Source of the DNA: Anderseniella sp.
GTDB lineage: Bacteria; Pseudomonadota; Alphaproteobacteria; Rhizobiales; Aestuariivirgaceae
Length of the DNA stretch: 64,000 nt
Direction: 5' to 3'
NCBI GenBank assembly: GCA_028289645.1
Contig: JANQOK010000020.1
Coordinates: 42,562-106,561 of the forward strand
Both the position numbers and the translations under genes were made by a program. The notes beneath the pieces were generated by a model. That model saw nothing but the letters and a program-made list of their open reading frames with translations, searched no databases and was not told the origin of the DNA. Below are positions 31,081-41,208 of the stretch, in pieces; the first letter of the stretch is position 1; every line of letters begins with the position of its first letter.

Positions 31081-33984
31081 TCAGCGCTTGCCCCACCAGC
31101 CGGCCTTTTTTGGCGCAGTTGCGGGGTCGACCGTGGGAGCAGGTGGAGTCCATTTCGGCGGCGATGTTTCGCTTTCCACCGGCTCCGACGATGTTGAATT
31201 GCCATTTGCAGAAGCGGCCTCGTCTGCTGTCTCGGCCTCTGCGAGTTTTGCTTTCTTCGCCGCGCGCTTGCGCGGCTTCTTGGCTGGCTTTTCGCTGTCT
31301 TCCGGCTCCACTGCGTCCTTGGCCGCGTCTGAGCCAAGATCTTCGGCGGCGCTTTCAGGTGTATCGGCCTTGGCTTTCTTTGCAGCCTTGCGCGGAGCGC
31401 GTTTTCTTGCTTTTGGCTTTTCGTCGGGTTCGGTATCTGCGGCGACCGTCACATCTGTCGCCGCATCTGACGCATCGCCGGTGTCTGCGTCTGCCGCAGT
31501 GCCATCTTCTGCTTCCGTGCTTATTGCGTCTTCCGCAGCCTTGTTTTTCGCGCCACGTGACCGGCGCCGGCGTTTCTTCGGCTTGTCGCCATCGCCATCT
31601 GTGTCGGCAACTGCGTCAGCCTCGCTGACTGTTGCTTGCGCTGTGTCTTCAGCGCCGGACGGCTCATCTGCGGCAGGGACGGCTTCTTCCTCACTTTTGG
31701 CCGCCATGTCGCCATCGCGTTCTTCGCGTTGCTTGCGGCCGCCCCGGCGTCCACGGCGACGGCGGCGCTTCTTGCGCGGTTCACCGTTTTCGTCCAGTTG
31801 CAGCTCATCGCCTCTTCTGCCGTCTGCCTCGTCGGCATCCGTGCCGTCGGTATCTGATGCCGACGGTTCCTCGTTGGCTTCCATGCCGTCACCCATGGCG
31901 ACAGCGGTATCCGAGGCGACGGGCCGGGCAGCCGGGCCCTTGCGGTCCGGTTTGCGCTCGATGATGCTGTCGGCAAGTGCACGTTCCGCATCAGGCAGGA
32001 CGTAGATTGAAATCCCGTAATTTGCCTCAAGCGACAGCAGGTGGTCGCGTTTCTCGTTGAAGATGTAGAACGCCACATCCGGATGGACCCGGACATCGAG
32101 GCTTTCCGGTTTGCGGGACAGGAGGTGTTCTTCGATGCCGCGCAATACAGACAGTGCACAGCTTGAAACGCCGCGAATGACCCCGGTGCCTTCGCAGTGT
32201 GGACACTGCATGGTGGAACTTTCCATCATGCCCTGGCGCAGTCTCTGTCGCGACATCTCCAGCAGCCCGAAGTGCGAAATACGCCCGACCTGGATTCGCG
32301 CCCGGTCATTCTTCAATGCGTCCTTGAGCTTGCGCTCAACCGCCCGGTTGTTGCGGTTTTCCTCCATGTCGATGAAGTCGATGACGATCAGGCCGGCAAG
32401 GTCACGAAGGCGCAGTTGCCGGGAAATCTCCACAGCAGCCTCCAGGTTGGTCTTCAACGCCGTGTCTTCGATGCTGTGTTCACGGGTAGCCTTGCCTGAG
32501 TTGATGTCAATCGATACCAGCGCCTCGGTCTGGTTCATGACGATATAACCGCCTGACGGCAGGGTGACGTTCGGTGTGAACAGCCCGTCAAGCTGGCTTT
32601 CAACCTGGTGCCGGGTGAACAGCTGGCGGGTGTCCTTGTAGAGCTTCACGTTGCGCGCATGGCTTGGCATGAGCATCTTCATGAAATTCTTGGCTTCGCG
32701 GAAACCTTCCTCGCCTTCCACCACGACTTCATCGATGTCTTTGGAATACAGATCGCGAATTGACCGCTTGATCAGATTGCCTTCCTCATAGACGAGAGTG
32801 GGGGCGGCCGACTTCAAAGTGAGTTCACGCACTGATTCCCACATCCTGAGAAGATAGTCATAGTCGCGGCGGATCTCCGTCTTGGTGCGCTGGGCACCCG
32901 CGGTGCGAACGATCAGTCCCATGCCTTCGGGCACTTCGACCTGACGGATGACGTCTTTCAGACGGCGGCGGTCGCTGGCATCGGTGATCTTGCGCGAGAT
33001 GCCTCCGCCACGCGCCGTATTTGGCATAAGCACACAATACCGGCCAGCCAGAGACATATAGGTGGTCAGCGCCGCGCCTTTGTTGCCGCGTTCTTCCTTG
33101 ACAACCTGGATCAGCAGAACCTGGCGGCGCTTGATGACTTCCTGGATTTTGTAGTTTTTGCGCGGAGCCCGCTTGCGGGGTTTCGGCGCTTCGTCTTCGG
33201 TGTCATCGTCGGAACCGCTGTCGTCGCCCGATGCGGCAACGTCAATTTCGTCATCGGCATCTGCATTTGTTTCCCCATCCGCTTCCGCATCGGCCGCCGG
33301 ATCTGCATCTGCTTTGGCATCTGCATCTGCTTTGACATCCGCATCAGCTTCCGCATCTGTTTTGGCATCTGCATCTACCGCCGCATCTGCATCAGCCTCT
33401 GAGCCGGCGTCATCAGCGTCCTCGTCTTCAGCAGAGGGTGCGTCTTCGGAAGCTGTCAGTTCGCTGTCGTCTTTCCCGGCATCCGAGGCCTCCGGCTCAG
33501 ATACCTCGTTTGTCTCCGCCTCGGTTCCAGTTTCTCCATCCGCTGTTTCGCCGCTGACAGCCTCTTCTGAGTCAGTTTGCTGGTCTACGGGTTCGCTGGC
33601 GACTTTGTCGTCTTTGGAGCGCGCTGACCTTGAGCGCCGGCGGCGCGGCTTGGGTTTTTCCTGCTCCGCGTCCTCCTCTTCACGGGCAAGGCGGGCATCC
33701 TCGGCATCTGCTTCCAGCAGCGCCTGCCTGTCGGCGACGGGGATCTGGTAATAATCGGGATGAATTTCGCTGAACGCTAGAAAACCATGCCTGTTGCCGC
33801 CGTATTCAACGAAAGCGGCCTGCAGGGAAGGTTCAACCCGTGTAACCTTGGCGAGATAGATATTGCCCTTCAGGGGGCGGCGGGAAGCGGATTCGTAATC
33901 GAACTCCTCGATGCGATTGCCGCGGACAACGCAAACCCTGGTTTCTTCCGGGTGCGCTGCGTCGATAAGCATTTTGCTGGCCAT
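31081..33984 (-). CDS. rne: Ribonuclease E
   Basis: GNIY..KV.RVEPSLQAAFV, KEERGNKGAALTT, IDINSG, DLAGLIVIDFIDM, C..C.GTG Zn-link; acidic S1 insertion; Arg-rich C-terminal IDR. Confidence 0.96.
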   Translation of the reverse strand: MASKMLIDAAHPEETRVCVVRGNRIEEFDYESASRRPLKGNIYLAKVTRVEPSLQAAFVEYGGNRHGFLAFSEIHPDYYQIPVADRQALLEADAEDARLAREEEDAEQEKPKPRRRRSRSARSKDDKVASEPVDQQTDSEEAVSGETADGETGTEAETNEVSEPEASDAGKDDSELTASEDAPSAEDEDADDAGSEADADAAVDADAKTDAEADADVKADADAKADADPAADAEADGETNADADDEIDVAASGDDSGSDDDTEDEAPKPRKRAPRKNYKIQEVIKRRQVLLIQVVKEERGNKGAALTTYMSLAGRYCVLMPNTARGGGISRKITDASDRRRLKDVIRQVEVPEGMGLIVRTAGAQRTKTEIRRDYDYLLRMWESVRELTLKSAAPTLVYEEGNLIKRSIRDLYSKDIDEVVVEGEEGFREAKNFMKMLMPSHARNVKLYKDTRQLFTRHQVESQLDGLFTPNVTLPSGGYIVMNQTEALVSIDINSGKATREHSIEDTALKTNLEAAVEISRQLRLRDLAGLIVIDFIDMEENRNNRAVERKLKDALKNDRARIQVGRISHFGLLEMSRQRLRQGMMESSTMQCPHCEGTGVIRGVSSCALSVLRGIEEHLLSRKPESLDVRVHPDVAFYIFNEKRDHLLSLEANYGISIYVLPDAERALADSIIERKPDRKGPAARPVASDTAVAMGDGMEANEEPSASDTDGTDADEADGRRGDELQLDENGEPRKKRRRRRGRRGGRKQREERDGDMAAKSEEEAVPAADEPSGAEDTAQATVSEADAVADTDGDGDKPKKRRRRSRGAKNKAAEDAISTEAEDGTAADADTGDASDAATDVTVAADTEPDEKPKARKRAPRKAAKKAKADTPESAAEDLGSDAAKDAVEPEDSEKPAKKPRKRAAKKAKLAEAETADEAASANGNSTSSEPVESETSPPKWTPPAPTVDPATAPKKAGWWGKR
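33240..33405 (-). repeat. Degenerate hexamer repeat (GCAGAT on the coding strand) encoding Ala-Asp repeats within rne
   Basis: Plus strand shows repeated gcatct/gcatcc with tttggcatctgcatctg repeated; protein ADADAAVDADAKTDAEADADVKADADAKADAD. Confidence 0.7.
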
Positions 33985-34661
33985 ACTGGCAAATCCTTGC
34001 CGTACACATGGTCACAGATACAGACAGGCGGCGCTCCGGGTGGCGCGCCTGTTCGATTGCGGTCATTTGTACGGGAGTAATCAGGACGGGCGCGTCTAGT
34101 GCCGACAGGGCACAACTCAACCGATGCTTCACTGCCTGAAAGCAGGAACCGGCTGGTCATTTGGTTTGCCGCGCTCATTCTTTGTTTTCCACATGTGTTC
34201 GCGCCTTGCTGGGGCGCTGAACGGTTCACTAAACCGCTTCAGGGGTTGGATTGCGCACTGGGCGATTGCCCATCGAATCCGTCACCCTGCGCGGTGACAC
34301 TCGCAGTTCTACAAAGTGGCTTTCTCCAGCCCGGACTTTGCGAACGCTAAGAAATTACAGGTCCTTTCAGCGTGTGATGCTGCACTACAGCATTTTGGAT
34401 TCCACGCATAAGGATCACCCGTGCTTTTATCACGTCTTAACGGTTACGCAATAGTCCGTTTAAAGTATTCCGTAACGGCAAGCACGTGCGAAGCGGCCGT
34501 GCCCGGCAGTCGCTTCCCGGCTGCGGGCGTTGGCATTTGCCGAACTGGCGCCGGTCAGCGCCACAAACTGGCGCTTTCTGCGGGCCGGCTCGCCAAGTTC
34601 AGCGACTCTAAACGAATGGTTAACCACACTATTGCTAGAGTCTGCGGAACTGAATTTCGTG

Positions 34662-36104
34662 ATGGGAAAGTGGCATTTCGTGGCTCGCCGGGCTCAAACG
34701 CTGATCGGTACATTGCACAGATGGTGCGCTGTGACTGTTCTTGCAACAGCTATGGCGTTTGCCATCACTGCTGTGCTGTCCCCAGATTCCGCCCAGGCAA
34801 CGCCCCCGGTAGCCAGTGTGAGCGAAGCGCGAATTGCCGGTGATGACACACGAACCCGGTTTGTGGCTGATCTCGACAGGCCGGTGAGTTACTCGGTCTA
34901 CGTAATAGATGAGCCATACCGGTTGGTGGTCGATCTGCCGGATGTACGGTTCAACATGCCGCCTGAGATCGGCGATGTGGGCCGGGGATTGATAAAGGCC
35001 TACCGGTTCGGTCAGCTGGCGCCTGGGAAGTCGCGCATTGTGATTGATACAACCGGTCCCGTACTGATCGAGAAGTCGTTCGTGCTGAATCCCGAGAACG
35101 GACAGCCTGCACGCATGATCATAGACATAATCCAGACCGATCAGCGAACGTTTGCCCGGATCAAGGCAACGGAACGGTCGGCCAGAACCGCGGCCGCTTC
35201 ATCCCGGCGCCCGGCGCCGGATACGCTGGCTGCACTTCTGCAGCGGCAGGGTGTTTCTCGTATCGATGAAGAGGCTGAAAAAGCAGAGCTGGCGCAAATG
35301 ACCGCCGGCCTCATTCCCAGGCCTCGACCCAAGCCATCCCAGAATGGCGGACTTTCCGGTGAGTTGGAGGATGAGCGACGGGGAGCCGATACGATTCCGG
35401 CCAGGCCGGTCATCGTGCTGGATCCGGGCCACGGCGGCATAGACGGCGGCACGGTCTCCAGAAAAGGCACACCGGAGAAGACGGTGGTGCTGGCGTTTGC
35501 GCGCGAGCTGCGCAAAAAACTTTTGGCGACCGGACGATTTGAGGTCCACATGACCCGCAATGACGACCGGTTCATTTCGCTGGGCGGGCGTGTCAAGTTT
35601 GCCCGGGCCAAAAAGGCCGATCTGTTTATTGCCGTTCACGCAGACAGCTTGCGGCAGTGTCGCGTGCGCGGCGCAACTGTGTACACCTTGTCTGAAAAGG
35701 CGTCTGATGCGGAAGCGGCGGCGCTGGCGGAGAAAGAAAACAGTGCCGATTTTATCGGTGGCGTCGACCTGGGTGAGGATGCCGGCGAAGTTGCTGACAT
35801 CCTGCTTGATTTGGCGCTGCGCGAGACCAAGAATCACTCGATCTATTTTGCCAGAAGGGTGGTCAAGAACCTGCGGCCGGTCACGCCGTTGAACCGGCGG
35901 CCCATGCGTTCGGCAGGATTCAAGGTGCTGCGCGCCCCGGATGTGCCGTCAGTTCTGCTGGAACTGGGCTACTTGTCGAACCGCCATGATGAGAAGAATC
36001 TTGTCTCCTCAAAGTGGCGGCGTAAAGCCGCAGATGCGGTAACAGCGGCAATAGAGGGGTTTTTCTCGCCGGAAGTGGCCGCCCGCCAGCAGCTTGCCCA
36101 GTGA
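34662..36104 (+). CDS. amiC: N-acetylmuramoyl-L-alanine amidase with AMIN domain
   Basis: RLVVDL AMIN repeats; VLDPGHGGIDGG, EK, HAD, VLLELGYLSN; start uncertain (34662 or 34752). Confidence 0.92.
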   Translation: MGKWHFVARRAQTLIGTLHRWCAVTVLATAMAFAITAVLSPDSAQATPPVASVSEARIAGDDTRTRFVADLDRPVSYSVYVIDEPYRLVVDLPDVRFNMPPEIGDVGRGLIKAYRFGQLAPGKSRIVIDTTGPVLIEKSFVLNPENGQPARMIIDIIQTDQRTFARIKATERSARTAAASSRRPAPDTLAALLQRQGVSRIDEEAEKAELAQMTAGLIPRPRPKPSQNGGLSGELEDERRGADTIPARPVIVLDPGHGGIDGGTVSRKGTPEKTVVLAFARELRKKLLATGRFEVHMTRNDDRFISLGGRVKFARAKKADLFIAVHADSLRQCRVRGATVYTLSEKASDAEAAALAEKENSADFIGGVDLGEDAGEVADILLDLALRETKNHSIYFARRVVKNLRPVTPLNRRPMRSAGFKVLRAPDVPSVLLELGYLSNRHDEKNLVSSKWRRKAADAVTAAIEGFFSPEVAARQQLAQ

Positions 36105-36241
36105 AAACCGGGGGTGCAGGCACATCACCTGACACAAATCATCGCAGCGCCGTCCGATTGCCACAATATTTGGCTTTGTGAGCGCAAACCGGATATATAT
36201 GTGTTCGCATGCTTCGTTGCTGACTTGGGACGCTGATCTGA

Positions 36242-38761
36242 ATGTTTCGACTTTTCAAATACCTGTTCAGTTTTGGACTGGCGGTCTGTTTCGCTGTCGC
36301 CCTGGCAGTGGGGTACATTATCTATGACACCTCCAAGACGCTGCCTTCGCATGAGAGTCTGGCCAAGTACGAACCGCCGGTGATGACCCGCATTCACGCT
36401 GCTGACGGATCGCTGTTGGCGGAGTACGCCAAGGAACGCCGGCTGTTTGTGCCCATAGACGCAGTGCCGAAACGCCTCATCGAGGCTGTCACATCCGCTG
36501 AAGACAAGAACTTTTACAGGCACATGGGGGTTGACCCGGAAGCACTTGCCAGAGCTGTGATTGTGAACGTTAGGGCCAGGCTTCAGGGGTCCAATCGACG
36601 CCTGATCGGGGCATCGACAATCACCCAGCAGGTGGCGAAGAACTTTCTGCTCACCAATGAGCGCACCATCACCCGCAAACTTCGCGAAGCGCTGATTGCG
36701 CTGCGCATGGAAAGCTCATTCACCAAAGACCAGATCCTTGAACTGTACCTCAACGAGATTTTTCTCGGCCAGGGGTCTTATGGAGTCGCAGCAGCGTCGC
36801 TGAACTATTTCGGGAAATCTCTGATTGAACTGGATCTGGCCCAGGTCGCATATCTGGCGGCGCTGCCTAAGGGACCGTCGAACTATCACCCGGTACGCCA
36901 TCGCAAAAGGGCGATTGCGCGGCGCAACTGGGTCTTGGAGCGCATGTACGACAACGGCTACATCACTGAAGCCGAGATGAAAGACGCGCAGGGTAGGGAT
37001 ATCGAAGTGACGCTGCGCCCGTTTGGTGCCAAGTTGTTTGCTGCGGAGTATTTTACCGAAGAGGCCCGTGAGGCTGTTGAACGGATTTACGGCAAGGAAG
37101 TCCTGCGCACCGGCGGTCTGTCTGTTCGCACCACCATCGATCCCAAGTTTCAGATATTTGCCCGACAGGCCCTGGCTGGCGGGCTTATTCGGTTTGACCG
37201 CAATCATGGCTGGCGCGGGCCTGTGGCAACTATAGCGGTAAACGCCGAATGGCCTGCCGCGCTCGCCAAGATCAAGCAGTTGGGTGACGTTTATCCCTGG
37301 CAACTGGCGGTCGTGCTGGAAGTCAACGACGACCAGGCCCGCATCGGACTGCGGCCGTCCCGGGTGGTCAAGGGCAAGGCACCGGAGGCTAAAGAAGGTG
37401 TAATCCCATTGCAGCACATGCTCTGGGCACGCGAGCACAAGGGCATCAACAAGAACGGCATCGTACTGGGCGAAAAGATCGAATTCGCATCTCAGGTGCT
37501 GAAGCCGGGTGATGTGGTGTATGCAACCGCCGCCGGTTCTGACGGCAGCTATCATCTGGTTCAGATACCCGAGGTTGACGGCGGGATGGTCGCGATGGAT
37601 CCGCATACCGGGCGCGTGTTGGCGCTGACCGGCGGGTTTTCGTACAGCCGCAGTCAGTTTGACCGGGTCACACAGGCGAAACGCCAGCCGGGATCCTCGA
37701 TAAAGCCGTTTGTCTATGCGGCAGCTCTGGACAATGGTTACACGCCATCGTCTGTGGTCCTGGACGCGCCGATTGAAATCAAGTTGCGCAGCGGTGAGAC
37801 GTGGAAGCCGTCCAACTACACCAACAAGTTTTACGGACCGTCGACATTGCGCCGCGGCATTGAGTTTTCACGAAATGTGATGACCGTGCGCCTTGCCCAG
37901 GATATGGGCATAAAGAAGTTCAAGGGCCTGACCGAACGGCTTGGCATCTACGACAAGCTGCCTGCCGTGCTGGCCACGTCTCTCGGCTCGGGGGAGACTA
38001 CGTTGCTGCGCATGACGGCGGCGTATTCAGTGTTGGCAAATGGCGGCAAGAAAATCGAACCAACCATGTTGGATCGCATACAGGACCGCTATGGGCGCAC
38101 GGTTTGGCGGCATGACAAGCGCGAATGCACCCAGTGCAACGCGGCGGAGTGGACCAACCAGCCTGAGCCGGAGTTCATCGAAAACCGCGAGGAGGTCATG
38201 AACCCGTACACGGCCTACCAGATCACCTCGATGCTGGAAGGGGTAGTGCAGCGCGGCACCGCCAAGAAATTGCAGGAGATCGGCAAGCCGATTGCCGGCA
38301 AGACCGGCACCACCAATGACGAGCGTGACGCCTGGTTCATCGGTTATACACCGGATCTCGTGGTCGGTGTGTATGTCGGCTATGACCGGCCAAGGCCCAT
38401 GGGCAAGGGTGAAACCGGTGGGTCGCTGGCCGCGCCGATTGTGGCAAATTTCATGAAACTGGCCCTGAAAGACGTATCTGCGACGCCGTTTCGTGTTCCG
38501 TCCGGTGTGCGCCTGATCCCGATCGACCCGAAAAGCGGCAAGCGCGGCACCTACGGTGAAGAAAACGTCATCCTGGAGGCCTTCAAGCCGGGCGAGCAGC
38601 CACCCGAGCGTTCGAGGCTGGTGACAGGTGGAGATGCCATCGCGGCCTCGGGCATCAATGTTGGCAGTTATAGTGACGGTGTGATCATCAATGGTGGTGA
38701 CAGCGGCTCGGCGGCTGTGTCGGAAGGTGGCTTGACGACAGGCACCGGCGGCCTGTACTGA
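36242..38761 (+). CDS. mrcA: Penicillin-binding protein 1A
   Basis: AEDKNFY.H.GVD, GASTITQQVAKN, ILELYLNEI; SSIK, SRN and KTG transpeptidase motifs. Confidence 0.95.
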   Translation: MFRLFKYLFSFGLAVCFAVALAVGYIIYDTSKTLPSHESLAKYEPPVMTRIHAADGSLLAEYAKERRLFVPIDAVPKRLIEAVTSAEDKNFYRHMGVDPEALARAVIVNVRARLQGSNRRLIGASTITQQVAKNFLLTNERTITRKLREALIALRMESSFTKDQILELYLNEIFLGQGSYGVAAASLNYFGKSLIELDLAQVAYLAALPKGPSNYHPVRHRKRAIARRNWVLERMYDNGYITEAEMKDAQGRDIEVTLRPFGAKLFAAEYFTEEAREAVERIYGKEVLRTGGLSVRTTIDPKFQIFARQALAGGLIRFDRNHGWRGPVATIAVNAEWPAALAKIKQLGDVYPWQLAVVLEVNDDQARIGLRPSRVVKGKAPEAKEGVIPLQHMLWAREHKGINKNGIVLGEKIEFASQVLKPGDVVYATAAGSDGSYHLVQIPEVDGGMVAMDPHTGRVLALTGGFSYSRSQFDRVTQAKRQPGSSIKPFVYAAALDNGYTPSSVVLDAPIEIKLRSGETWKPSNYTNKFYGPSTLRRGIEFSRNVMTVRLAQDMGIKKFKGLTERLGIYDKLPAVLATSLGSGETTLLRMTAAYSVLANGGKKIEPTMLDRIQDRYGRTVWRHDKRECTQCNAAEWTNQPEPEFIENREEVMNPYTAYQITSMLEGVVQRGTAKKLQEIGKPIAGKTGTTNDERDAWFIGYTPDLVVGVYVGYDRPRPMGKGETGGSLAAPIVANFMKLALKDVSATPFRVPSGVRLIPIDPKSGKRGTYGEENVILEAFKPGEQPPERSRLVTGGDAIAASGINVGSYSDGVIINGGDSGSAAVSEGGLTTGTGGLY

Positions 38762-38803
38762 CCGGGTCTGATCCATTTCCAAATCCGGCACGGAACCAAT
38801 CGC

Positions 38804-39935
38804 ATGCGCGCAGAAATCGAAACAATTGTCGATGAATTCAAGCAGTCCATCGGACTGCTGAGGAGGCATCTTTGACTGGGATCAGGCTCTGCGTGATCTC
38901 GACCTGCTGAATGCCCAGGCAGAGGATCCGAACCTCTGGAATGACCCCGACGAAGCTCAGCGCGTCATGCGCAAACGCCAGGACCTTGAAAGCCGTATCG
39001 GCACGGTTAGGCGGCTGGAGCAGACCATTTCTGACAGTGTCGAACTGATCGAACTGGGCGAGATGGAAAACGACCAGTCGGTTATCGACGAGGCCGAAGC
39101 CCACATACAGCAATTGCGGCCTGAAATCGCCAAGCTGGAAATTGAAACGCTGCTGTCAGGTGAAGCGGACAGCAATGACAGTTTTCTAGAGGTGCATGCC
39201 GGTGCCGGAGGCACCGAAAGCCAGGACTGGGCCTCGATGCTGATGCGCATGTACACCCGCTGGGCGGAGAAGCAGGGCTACAAGGTCGAGTTGATCGAAA
39301 TGCATGACGGTGAGGAAGCCGGCATCAAGTCAGCCACTCTCAAGGTCAACGGCCACAATGCCTATGGCCGCCTGAAAACCGAAAGCGGTGTGCATCGGCT
39401 GGTGCGAATTTCACCGTATGATTCCAACGCCCGCCGGCATACCTCGTTTGCATCGGTGTGGTGCTATCCGGAGGTGGACGACAATATCGACATCGAGGTC
39501 AATGAAAGCGATTGTCGCATTGATACCTACCGGGCATCCGGGGCAGGGGGCCAGCATGTCAACACAACCGACTCGGCGGTTCGCATAACCCATATCCCGA
39601 CCAACATTGTCGTGCAGTGCCAGAACGAAAGATCGCAGCACAAGAACCGGGCGACCGCCTGGAACATGCTGCGTGCGAGGCTATATGAGCGTGAGCTACA
39701 GATCCGCGAAGAGGCGGCCAGCGCCGAGGAAGCCAACAAGACCGATATTGGCTGGGGACATCAGATCAGATCCTATGTCCTGCAGCCCTATCAGCTTGTA
39801 AAGGATTTGCGTACCGGCCACGAGAGTACGAACCCGTCGGCGGTGCTGGATGGCGATCTGAACGAGTTTATCGAAGCCTCGTTGGCTCAGCGGGTGCATG
39901 GCGGCGGGCCTGACGAGGTTTCTGATATCGAGTAG
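38804..39935 (+). CDS. prfB: Peptide chain release factor 2, with programmed +1 frameshift
   Basis: ORF1 MRAEIE...LLRRHL-stop; SPY (SPF-type) motif, [13 protein letters not shown] in the +1 frame. Confidence 0.96.
38861..38876 (+). promoter_or_regulatory. RF2 autoregulatory frameshift site (AGGAGG-cat-CTT-TGA-C)
   Basis: Internal SD aggagg at 38861 followed by slippery CTT TGA C at codons 23-24. Confidence 0.93.
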
Positions 39936-40037
39936 GCAAGGCGGCCGGGACCAGATGTCAATTCGCCTCGTTAAACCAACGGTTTCACGTCCAGAGTGCC
40001 CTGATCATGACTCGCCCTAGGGATTGAAGCTCAGACG

Positions 40038-40622
40038 ATGCCACTTTTCGAAACAGATGCCGGATCTTTGCTGTTCATTCATGTGCCCAAGACCGGTGGC
40101 ACCAGCATACAGAAATGCCTTGGCAGTTTTCATCGCCATTCGCGTTGGACAAACGATCCTCTGCCTGGCGAGCCCTGCACACCGCAGCACTACAGTAGCG
40201 AGTTGCTGACCGAGCGCCATCGCGAGGATGACTTGATATACAGCTTCATGATGGTGCGGCACCCGGTCGACAGGCTGGTAAGCGAGTACAACTGGCAGAT
40301 GCGAAAGCGGCTGATACCGACCCCGTTTGCCTGGTGGCTTCGCATGGTTCTGAAGAAGCTAAGGCGCGACCGATACTGCTTTGACAACCATATAAGACCG
40401 CAGAGCGAGTTCGCATGCTTCAACGCCGAGGTCTACAGGTATGAGGACGGTTTTGAATCCATAATCGAACGTTTGTCAGGCATCACCGGACTGGATTACG
40501 GGTCCAGGCTGCAGCACTACAAAAGGAGTGTCAGGGCTCCGGTCCAGGTGGAACAGGCGGAGCGGTCGTTGATCGAGGACACTTATGACGTGGACTACGA
40601 GCGTTTCGGTTACGATCGGTAG
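40038..40622 (+). CDS. Sulfotransferase family 2 protein
   Basis: FIHVPKTGGTSI 5'-PSB loop; VRHPVDRLVSEY 3'-PB motif; H.RPQ. Confidence 0.87.
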   Translation: MPLFETDAGSLLFIHVPKTGGTSIQKCLGSFHRHSRWTNDPLPGEPCTPQHYSSELLTERHREDDLIYSFMMVRHPVDRLVSEYNWQMRKRLIPTPFAWWLRMVLKKLRRDRYCFDNHIRPQSEFACFNAEVYRYEDGFESIIERLSGITGLDYGSRLQHYKRSVRAPVQVEQAERSLIEDTYDVDYERFGYDR

Positions 40623-40635
40623 TCACACGGCAAGC

Positions 40636-41208
40636 TTACTCGGCTGCTTTCGGTTTACGGGCTGGCGGTTCGGGATAGATCGGATCTTCATCGACGACAT
40701 CATCGGTACCCGGCAGGGAATACACGTTTTCCTGCGGATAATGCTGGTCGTAGACCGGCGCATAGCTCTGTCCCCATCCGCTGCTGGCATAGCCCTGTTC
40801 CTGATCTATCGGTTCCGACAGAGGATCTTCCACGCGGCGGATCTTGCCGTCAACATGTGCGCCGTTTTCGATCGACAGCGTCTGGTTGATGACATCGCCC
40901 TCAATGTGAGCGCCGGCGTAGATGTGGATATGGAGCGCGCGGATCGGGCCGATCACCCGGCCACGGACAATCACTTCTTCCGCTGTAATGTCGCCATAGA
41001 CGACGCCATTGCCGTCCACCACGACTGCGCGCGCACGAACGGTGCCGTTGATGGTACCATCAACCTGCAGCTCGCCACCGGTTGACACCGAGCCATCGAT
41101 GACAAGGTCCAGAGACAACAAAGACGGGCCGGAACGGTGCCGCTGACGGCCACCGCCGCTATTAGCTCCGCTTTTTGGCGCTTTAGCGCGTGATTTCTTG
41201 AAAAACAT
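40636..41208 (-). CDS. Bactofilin (polymer-forming cytoskeletal protein)
   Basis: PSLLS.DL.I.G, LQVDG.I.G, A.I.GD......L.IE.GA...G beta-helix repeats. Confidence 0.9.
   Translation of the reverse strand: MFFKKSRAKAPKSGANSGGGRQRHRSGPSLLSLDLVIDGSVSTGGELQVDGTINGTVRARAVVVDGNGVVYGDITAEEVIVRGRVIGPIRALHIHIYAGAHIEGDVINQTLSIENGAHVDGKIRRVEDPLSEPIDQEQGYASSGWGQSYAPVYDQHYPQENVYSLPGTDDVVDEDPIYPEPPARKPKAAE

Noticed and set aside
34600-34630. CtrA-like site upstream of amiC (taaa-N7-ttaac)
   Set aside because: Only one good half-site; too weak to report.
38804-38875. Apparent premature stop or pseudogene at the prfB 5' end
   Set aside because: Canonical programmed +1 frameshift.
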